Shown: one piece after another, positions 1 to 7,500 of the stretch
Layout: every line of letters starts with the position of its first letter
Numbering within the stretch: the stretch's first letter is position 1
Assembly: GCA_020891255.1 (NCBI GenBank)
Contig: BQFW01000019.1
Span: 1-8,156 of the forward strand
Source of the DNA: Entomortierella parvispora E1425
Taxonomy: Eukaryota; Fungi; Mortierellomycota
DNA: 8,156 nucleotides
Direction: 5' to 3'
The notes under the pieces: generated by a model
What the model was told of the DNA's origin: nothing
The model's input: only the letters and a program-made list of their open reading frames with translations
Databases searched by the model: none
Position numbers and translations under genes: made by a program

Positions 1-261
1 AAAGTGCCCCAAATGCAGAATTTCTTGTCCGTTATAGAGAAATAATATCCTCTAATTTACTCCCAGACCTTGCCTATCTGAGTTTTATAACCGGCTACTT
101 CACTCTCAGCCCTTGCCTAACTGAGTTTTATAACTGGCTAGCTCGATATTATAAATTAATCAAATGTTTTTTAACTTTTTAAACCTTGGCCTTGTTAATG
201 CCTCTAAATTAACTAACTCTTCCTATATTATTAGATCCTTTTCTAATTCTAATTATTCCTT
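1..261 (+). repeat. Left terminal inverted repeat (261 bp visible; probably missing at least 11 terminal nt)
   Basis: Position i pairs with 8146-i from base 1 (AAAGTGCCCC...) to 261. The first mismatch is 262/7884. The repeat includes the ATG at 164 and the first 32 codons of the DNA polymerase ORF. Confidence 0.97.
55..140 (+). repeat. 43-bp imperfect tandem duplication inside the TIR (mirror copy at 8006-8091)
   Basis: 56-97 versus 99-140 match at 37 of 42 nt. The cores are CCTTGCCTATCTGAGTTTTATAACCGGCTA (68-97) and CCTTGCCTAACTGAGTTTTATAACTGGCTA (111-140). Confidence 0.9.
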
Positions 262-3200
262 AAAAAATAAAAAAGAAATTATCACAAAAATTTCTAAATC
301 AGAGGATACTCCTTTTATGGATAAATTCTCTAAATATAAATCTGATTTTAATCAAAAATATATTACTCCTTTAAAATACAAATACACTACTACTTTAAAA
401 TTTTCTCCTTATTTCTGTACTTATGATTTGGAAACATTTAAAAATACTCAAGGTATAGCTACTCCTTATTTATTTGGTATTTATATTCCTAATGTAGGTT
501 TTAAAGCTTTTTATGGATTAGATTGTGTTGAAAAAGCCTTAGAGTTTATCTTTAATTTTGATTACCCTGTTAAAAAAGTCTCTTTCTTCGCCCATTTCGC
601 TGGTGGGTTTGATGTTTATTTAATTATGAAAGATATCATAAAAAGCAAAGGTGCAAATAAAATAGAATATTTAATGGATCCTAGTAATAATATATTTTAT
701 CTTAGTTTCGAACATAATAATCATGTATTTGAATTTAAAGACTCTTATAAATTAATTCCTATTAAATTAGATAGAATCTTAAAAGGTTTTAAAATTATCG
801 TAAATGAATCTTTAGGAAAATTACCTTTTAATCATAATTGGGTGAATGAAAGTACTATTTTTTATAATAATAAAATACCTTCATGGTTAATCTCGCATAA
901 AGAATTATTAGTAAATGCTGGTGTTTTAGATGATAATGAAAATTTTAATTTTCAAAAATATTCTACAATTTACAATGAAATTGATACTATTGGTTTACAC
1001 AAATCTATTGATAAATTCTTTAAAATTTTAGTAGATAATTTTCATATAGATTTTTCTCATTGTATTACTTTACCTCAATTAGTAATGGATTTATTTAGAA
1101 AAAGAAACCTAGATGAGAATATTAAAATTAGAATGTTTAGTAAAAAAATGCAAAATATTATTTCTAAAGCTTACTATGGAGCTCATACTGCTGTTTACAA
1201 ACCTTATGGAGAAAAATTATATTATTATGATATTAATTCTCTTTATCCTGCCTGTATGCTTAAAACAATGCCTATTGGTACACCTAAAAAATTCGATGTG
1301 TCAAAAGGATTAAATAATTTCTTTGGTTTTGCTTTAGTTAAAGTAACTGTGCCTGAATCCTTAAATATACCTGTTTTACCTTTATATGTTAAAATAGAAG
1401 GTTTAGATAGATTAGTATTTCCTACAGGAAGTTTTAAAGGATATTACTTTTCAGAAGAGTTAAAATATGCAGAGTCTTTAGGTTGTAAAATAGAATTAAT
1501 AGAAGCATGGGAATTTCAAAAAGGATATGATGTATTCAAAGATTATATTGAACCTTTATTTGAATTAAAAAGAACAGGGAATAAGGATGAAAGAGATGTA
1601 TTCAAACTTTGTTTAAATACTTTATATGGTAAATGGGGTCAACATAGAGAATATAGACTTAATGTTATAACAGGAGATATGGATCTAATGGAACAAATAG
1701 AAAAAAAATTTACAAATGTTAAACAAATTACATTTAATGAAAATTTAGCTGGTTATTCATTTGATAAAGCACCTAATCCTAATTTATTTGAGGATTCTCC
1801 AGAATTATTTAATGAATTATCTAATCTTTTTGAAAAAGGTCTTGAATCTAGACCTGTAAATATTGCAATAGCTGCAGCTATAACAGCTTATGCTAGAATA
1901 GAAATAGATCATTTTAAACGATTACCGGGTTATGTAGTATATTATTCTGATACAGATTGTGTAATTTTAAATTTACCTTTACCTAAAGAATATTTAGGTG
2001 ATGGTTTAGGTCAAATGAAAAATGAATTATCTGATGATAATTACACCATTGATAAAGATCACGAATACTTTTTAGAAAAAGGTATATTTTTAAGAGATAA
2101 ATTATATAGTATTAAACCTGTAAATGGTAGTCCTATTACTAAATTCTCTGGTTTACATAAAAATTATATTACTAAAGAATTACATGAGACTATAGAAAAT
2201 ATTTATTTAACTTCAGGTAAAAATATAACATTAAATACTGAAATAAGTACTAAAAATATTAATAGTTTTGAAATTAAAAATAATGAAAAAACACAGAAAA
2301 CATTTACATTTAATTATAATAAACGAATTATGATTAGAAACAATGAAGGAACTTGGGTTGATACTAAACCTATCCATATTTCATCTGTTAAAACACAACA
2401 TTTTGATTTAGAACCTATAATAGGACGACAAAATAGAGAAGAAAATTTAAGTAAAAAAGTCTATTTAAGTTATAAAGATGTTAAGATAAATCATTATAAT
2501 GTATTTAATACAGATTATAAAAAATTTGATGGATTTTTATTAGCTTACATAGCACCAATTTATGATAGTAATTATTCAAATAATTTAATTTTAACAGATA
2601 AATTTTTAATTGAAACTGATAACTTGTTTGAAAAAGCTAAAAATATATTATTAGCAAATTTATATACTTTAGCAGAAAAAGCTATAGAAGAAAATATTTT
2701 AGTTGATGGAATAGGTTATTTAATATCCGAAGAATATATTACACCAGAGGGTATTAAAAAAATTAACACTATAAGTTATCTTAATTCATTTAACTCCCTT
2801 AATGAATTAATTAGTATTTATGAACAACATTTAAATGGATTAATTGAGGGTGGACAGGAAAGTGGAAATATGATTGTTTTGAGTGACACTATAGATAAAT
2901 CTAGTTATAATATTAAAACATTATATTTAAGAATACTTATTCCTAAAGATTTGATTAAATCTAATTTAGTTCCAGCTAAATTTTTACAATTAGAATCCGG
3001 TGAAAATAAAATATTATTATTAGAATCAGGTATTACTAATTTTCCACGATTAGAATCAGGTATTACTAATTTTTTACGAATAGAATCAGGAGTAACTAAA
3101 TTTTTACAATTAGAATCCGGTGAAAATAAAATAGAAAATAAAAACAAAAAAATATCTAAAAAACCAAATAAAAAAAATAAAACAATTATTACAAAAGTAG

Positions 3201-4348
3201 TAAAAGCACATTTAAATCCTATTTCTAAAAATCAAATTAGAAAATATTCAACCAATATTTATAAACAACTTGTTCCTTATGAAAATAAAATATTTTTAAA
3301 ACCAATTTTAAATGTTAAAGATAAACTTTTAGCTCCAATAATTTATGATAATATTATTTTATCTGAAATAAATAAAATTCAATTTATTTTAAATAGATTC
3401 CATGATTTAAATTTTGTAAAATTATGGTTAATAAATAAACTTCAAGAAGATAAAATTATAATTAATGCAGAACTTAATGAAAATACAAAAGAATTATTAA
3501 ATATAATTATAAAAATAAATTATGAAAGTATAATTAAAAAAGATAATCTGAAATGTAAATCAATATTTACCTTTAAAAATAACGAATTTATTACAACATT
3601 ACTTAAAAATAAAAAAATAAATAAACTTTATACAGCATGTTATATTATTACTTTTAATAATAAATATTATTATTATATAGGTTCTTCTACAGATTTTATA
3701 ACTAGATTTAATACACATTCCTTAAATATAAAAAATTATAAAAATAATAAAAATAATAAATTGAGTGAATTATTTAAATATTTTTTAGATTCAAAAACAA
3801 AAAATGTAAAATTTAATATAAATATATTGTATTTATCTTTTAATTATTTAACTTTATTTCAAACAGAATATCCTGATTATAAATTAAGTAAAGGAGAATT
3901 TATTTTATTAAATAAAATCTCTGATTTTCTAGTAAAAACTTTAGAAATAAGTTTATTAGAAAAATTTCAACCTAAACTTAACACTTTTAATAAAGTAGCT
4001 TTTAAACATTTCGAATGGAATGATGAATATTTAAATATTTATAGAGAAAATAATAAAAATATAGAATATTTAAAAGCATCAATATATGAAATATATGGTT
4101 TAAGTAGAAATGCACGTATCATAGAAGAGTTAGCTAACTTTTTAAAATTAGAATTTACTAAAAATGAAAGAGAAAAATATTTTAACAAAACAGGTAATCA
4201 TATTTTAATACGTAAAACAACTTTACAAGATATTTGTCAAAGATATAATTTAAATTCTACTGAAGTATTAAATAATCTTAATAGATTCCATTATTATAAT
4301 AATTCTGGATTTTTAAAAAATCCTTTAAAAATTATAAAAATAAAATAA
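164..4348 (+). CDS. dpo: Protein-primed family B DNA polymerase with a long C-terminal extension containing a GIY-YIG endonuclease domain (1394 aa)
   Basis: Motifs: ExoI YDLET (D88), ExoII HFAGGFD (H144), ExoIII YNEID (Y270), YYGA (YxG[G/A]), motif A DINSLYP (D356), motif B KLCLNTLYG (K481), ITAYAR (Tx2[G/A]R), motif C YSDTDC (Y594) and KLY. The plasmid-type C-terminal end YNKR...WVDTKPIHI falls at about aa 739. The frame stays open to TAA at 4346-4348. Confidence 0.95.
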   Translation: MFFNFLNLGLVNASKLTNSSYIIRSFSNSNYSLKNKKEIITKISKSEDTPFMDKFSKYKSDFNQKYITPLKYKYTTTLKFSPYFCTYDLETFKNTQGIATPYLFGIYIPNVGFKAFYGLDCVEKALEFIFNFDYPVKKVSFFAHFAGGFDVYLIMKDIIKSKGANKIEYLMDPSNNIFYLSFEHNNHVFEFKDSYKLIPIKLDRILKGFKIIVNESLGKLPFNHNWVNESTIFYNNKIPSWLISHKELLVNAGVLDDNENFNFQKYSTIYNEIDTIGLHKSIDKFFKILVDNFHIDFSHCITLPQLVMDLFRKRNLDENIKIRMFSKKMQNIISKAYYGAHTAVYKPYGEKLYYYDINSLYPACMLKTMPIGTPKKFDVSKGLNNFFGFALVKVTVPESLNIPVLPLYVKIEGLDRLVFPTGSFKGYYFSEELKYAESLGCKIELIEAWEFQKGYDVFKDYIEPLFELKRTGNKDERDVFKLCLNTLYGKWGQHREYRLNVITGDMDLMEQIEKKFTNVKQITFNENLAGYSFDKAPNPNLFEDSPELFNELSNLFEKGLESRPVNIAIAAAITAYARIEIDHFKRLPGYVVYYSDTDCVILNLPLPKEYLGDGLGQMKNELSDDNYTIDKDHEYFLEKGIFLRDKLYSIKPVNGSPITKFSGLHKNYITKELHETIENIYLTSGKNITLNTEISTKNINSFEIKNNEKTQKTFTFNYNKRIMIRNNEGTWVDTKPIHISSVKTQHFDLEPIIGRQNREENLSKKVYLSYKDVKINHYNVFNTDYKKFDGFLLAYIAPIYDSNYSNNLILTDKFLIETDNLFEKAKNILLANLYTLAEKAIEENILVDGIGYLISEEYITPEGIKKINTISYLNSFNSLNELISIYEQHLNGLIEGGQESGNMIVLSDTIDKSSYNIKTLYLRILIPKDLIKSNLVPAKFLQLESGENKILLLESGITNFPRLESGITNFLRIESGVTKFLQLESGENKIENKNKKISKKPNKKNKTIITKVVKAHLNPISKNQIRKYSTNIYKQLVPYENKIFLKPILNVKDKLLAPIIYDNIILSEINKIQFILNRFHDLNFVKLWLINKLQEDKIIINAELNENTKELLNIIIKINYESIIKKDNLKCKSIFTFKNNEFITTLLKNKKINKLYTACYIITFNNKYYYYIGSSTDFITRFNTHSLNIKNYKNNKNNKLSELFKYFLDSKTKNVKFNINILYLSFNYLTLFQTEYPDYKLSKGEFILLNKISDFLVKTLEISLLEKFQPKLNTFNKVAFKHFEWNDEYLNIYRENNKNIEYLKASIYEIYGLSRNARIIEELANFLKLEFTKNEREKYFNKTGNHILIRKTTLQDICQRYNLNSTEVLNNLNRFHYYNNSGFLKNPLKIIKIK
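2978..3127 (+). repeat. Five in-frame 30-nt tandem repeats encoding 10-aa units with a (L/I)ESG core
   Basis: The units are KFLQLESGEN / KILLLESGIT / NFPRLESGIT / NFLRIESGVT / KFLQLESGEN. TAGAATC(A/C)GG recurs at 2991, 3021, 3051, 3081 and 3111. 2976-3013 is identical to 3096-3133 (38 bp). Confidence 0.97.
3635..3982 (+). other. GIY-YIG endonuclease domain within the dpo ORF (aa 1158-1273)
   Basis: ACY-x10-YIG-SSTDFIT-R-FNT-H has the same spacing as I-TevI GIY-x10-YVG-SAKDFEK-R27-WKR-H31. The downstream LEISLLEKFQPKLN supplies the conserved Glu (3944) and Asn (3980) in an E-x8-P-x2-N pattern like that of organellar GIY-YIG enzymes. Confidence 0.85.
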
Positions 4349-4391
4349 AAAAAATAAATAAAATCCCCCTTTATTATAATAAAATTATTAT

Positions 4392-4463
4392 GGAAGTGTA
4401 ATTTAATTGAAAAATAAAGGAGTTCTTGTTCCTGAAATATGAGTTCAAATCTCATTACTTCCC
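4392..4463 (+). ncRNA. tRNA-like cloverleaf or degenerate tRNA, identity uncertain (canonical numbering gives anticodon TCT)
   Basis: Acceptor stem GGAAGTG/TACTTCC (7 bp, one G-U), T8-A9, D-stem ATTT/AAAT with loop AATTGAA, 5-nt variable loop, and a perfect T-arm ATGAG-TTCAAAT-CTCAT. The anticodon arm is imperfect and the D-loop lacks GG. Confidence 0.72.
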
Positions 4464-4487
4464 TTAATACAAAAGAAAATAATTATT

Positions 4488-4528
4488 GGGTGTTGGGTGT
4501 TGGGGGGAGTGGGGAGTTTTTTAAAAAA
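4488..4528 (+). terminator. G-quadruplex-type G-tract followed by T6 (candidate terminator or 3'-end signal)
   Basis: GGG-TGTT-GGG-TGTT-GGGGGG-AGT-GGGG (4488-4514) fits G3+N1-7 x4 and is followed by AG-TTTTTT-AAAAAA, 4 nt before the convergent rpo stop. The function is inferred. Confidence 0.4.
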
Positions 4529-4532
4529 TTAG

Positions 4533-7500
4533 TTAACTAATTAAATATAAAGCTTTTTGAATATTTTCTTTAAAAACTTTAAATTCACCTGTTTTAGGAA
4601 AATTAGGTAATTCTATTGAATTTCCTTTATCATTTACAATAAATTTACCATTAGTAATCATTTCTTTAGTAATTATTGTGCTTTCATCAATTAATACGTC
4701 ATTATAGAAAACTTTAAAATTTCCTTTTAAATACAGTATAAAAAATTTATGTAAATTTATTAAAAAATCATCATTAGCATAAATTTCACAGAAAGATTCT
4801 CTTACTAATTCGTTTACTAAAGATATATTTTTAACTGTTGTAGCAAAACAATCATGAATTGTATATAAATTATAAATTCCTAAGAATCTTAATTTTTTAA
4901 CTAATAATGAAATAGTAGAAGCATCCATACTATGAATTAAATTAGGCATAAAAGCACTTTCTTGAGAAACTTTATCTATTTTATCTGTAGGAATTACAAT
5001 ATAATATGAAGCTCCTTTAAAAGATCCACTTCTAATTCTTGTTGATTTTTTTCTTGCATAATTTTGATTTATTTCTAATCCAGATGGTGTCATCCATGCA
5101 ACAGGTAAATTAAGAATTGTCATTAAATTAACCATATTTTTAAAGTAATCTACAACTTCTTGTAATTCGGGATGAGTTTCATATAAAGTACTATGAATTA
5201 TATTTGCTAATTTAAATAGATCTTTACCAGATATAAATTTTGTACCATGAATTTTATTTTTAGGTAAATATAAATAAGTATTATCAATATATTTTTTATC
5301 TAAAAATTCTTTAAGATGTTCAACTATTCCATTAATTGTTACATTATAAGGAATTGTCATAATAGAACGTTTAATTATAGAACGATCAATATAAAAATAT
5401 TTTAAATTTACATATAATGGTTCTTTTAAAACTAAATCAGCTATTTTTTCATTAATAAGATCTAAAGCAACAGTATAAAGATCAAAAGGTTTTTCATCTT
5501 CTGTACTAGGTAAAAGATTAACTAATTTAGCTAAATTTTGATTTGCTGACATTATAGAAAGATGTTGTAATCCATTACAAGTAGCATCTAATTGTATAGG
5601 AATATGAGTAGTAACTATATCTGATGTATTAATTTTTTTATATTCTAGACAAAAAGCTAAAAATAATAATGGTTCATCAGCTTTTAACCAAAAATCTTTA
5701 TCAAAATTTATTATATCTTGATGATGAGATTTAATCCAATCCACACGATCTTTAAATGATAATTTACTTAAATCAGATTTAAAAGGATAATGGCCAAATT
5801 TATTATTATCTAAATTTTTAGCACCTTTTCCGAAACAATTAGCTCCATAAACATTTAACCAATAAAGAGAATTTCTAACATTTTTTATTTCTGGTAAATT
5901 TTGTTCGGGTATTTCCCCAAAACTAATATCTAAATTATTAACACTGTTATAAACTTTCATATCTAATTTATCTCCATTAGCAAATAAAATTAATGCTTTA
6001 GCTAATGAAAGACTCTGATAATGTAAATATGATGTATTACTATAAATTCTACCTCTCCAATCAAAAAATAAAGGAAAATAAATTTTTTCTACATCTCTAA
6101 ATAATTGAGCTATTCCTAAGATATTTTTTTCTTGAAAATATCTTGAATTATGAGATTTAACTTGCTCTCTTTCAAAAGAATCTAATTCATCTATAACATT
6201 AGTTTTTTCATGTAAAGAACCTAATATTAATTTATATTCTACACCTTTCTCTAATATAAAATCTAAAACTTCCGTATTAATTTTAAAAGGAATTTCACTC
6301 ATATAATTAATTTGACCATAAATCATATTTTTATCTTTAATTACTGTAGGATTAATATTATTAACTCCTTGATGAATAATATCGTCAAAATGGTAATTAT
6401 TATTTAATAAATAACCTCCATCATTCTCATCACTCCAAGAAGTAGGTTTACAAATCATAGGTAATTTATAACCTATAATATCGAAACTTTTTTCGAAAAG
6501 TCTTAAAGTAGTATCGCTTACTTTAATAATAATTTCCTCTCTTTTCGTATTTTCTATAGGTAAGGTATCAAATTCTAATAAAGAACCCATATTAACTAGC
6601 TCATGTAATAAATATTCACCTATATTTCCTTTATGAATAGAAGAAATATTTAAGCTAATTTTAAAATCTTTAAAACTTTCTCTATTTTCTTTATAAATCA
6701 CATTTTTTTTATTTTTATTTGAAATTATATATTTTTCATCATATTTTTCTAATGCCCAACTATGGAATATACTATCACCTATTTTCATTAAAAGATCAGA
6801 TTTAGTAATACGATTATTATCACTTAATAAAGGTATAACTTCGTTAAAAACTATAGCAGAAATTTGTGTTTTATTTAATTCAAATAAGGGTTTAAAACTA
6901 AATTTAAAATCGGGTTTTTTATTTCTATTTTGTTTTTTAGAAATATCTTTACGTAAATCATGAATATAATCTTCAAATTCTTTTACATGTTTGTGTAAAA
7001 ATTTAAAGCTTTCAGATGTAGCAACACCATCAATAGGAATATTATCCATTTTATGGTGAATAATATCTGTCCATGTAGAATATAAAAATTTTTCTATTTC
7101 TAATTGAATTTCAGTATTAGATTTATTTTTATTTAAATCATTTAATTTTTCTTTAACAACGTTAAAAACAGGACTATAATCGAAATAAATAGTTTGTTTA
7201 GAAAAACTATCTCCCTCTGAAGAAGTAGGGTTTGAATAAGTAGAATAATTTCTTTTTCCGATATCAGATATATTTTTTAAGGGGGATTTATTACTCTCAT
7301 TACTAGCTTTTAAAAGTAAGTCATTAACTTTGTCTTGAATTCCTGAATTACCTTTAATTAATAATTTATTATTATTATGATAAGCATTATTTGAAAATTC
7401 AAAAGGAATACTAAGAAAATCTAGAACAAAATTTAATTTACGAGCTGAAGGAGATATAATATGTCTTTTAGATGATAATCCTCCAGAAACATAAAATCTA

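Noticed and set aside
1113-1313. 66-aa alternative-frame ORF
   Set aside because: It lies wholly within the conserved PolB core, has no start context or recognisable motif, and is the size expected by chance.
2978-3127. CRISPR-like array
   Set aside because: The units are contiguous, in-frame 30-mers with no unique spacers, and no cas genes are present.
2905-3147. 80-aa antisense ORF with PDS repeats
   Set aside because: It is the antisense shadow of the 30-nt repeat array; its periodicity is fully explained by the sense-strand repeats.
3662-3760. TAT x4 and AAAAATAAT x2 micro-repeats (YYYY, KNNKNNK)
   Set aside because: Low-complexity sequence typical of AT-rich coding DNA.
3239-4348. Group I intron carrying the GIY-YIG ORF
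   Set aside because: I could not find P/Q/R/S core elements or a downstream exon, and the PolB is complete upstream. An Infernal group I intron search would settle this.
4370-4383. 14-nt palindrome TTTATTATAATAAA after the C-run
   Set aside because: It is all A/T with negligible stability and is expected by chance at this composition.
4392-4463. Calling the cloverleaf a functional tRNA-Arg(TCT), tRNA-Lys(CTT) or mutated tRNA-Met
   Set aside because: The anticodon register is ambiguous (7-nt loop with a mismatched stem versus 6-nt loop), and the conserved D-loop GG and purine 37 are missing, so identity cannot be assigned by eye.
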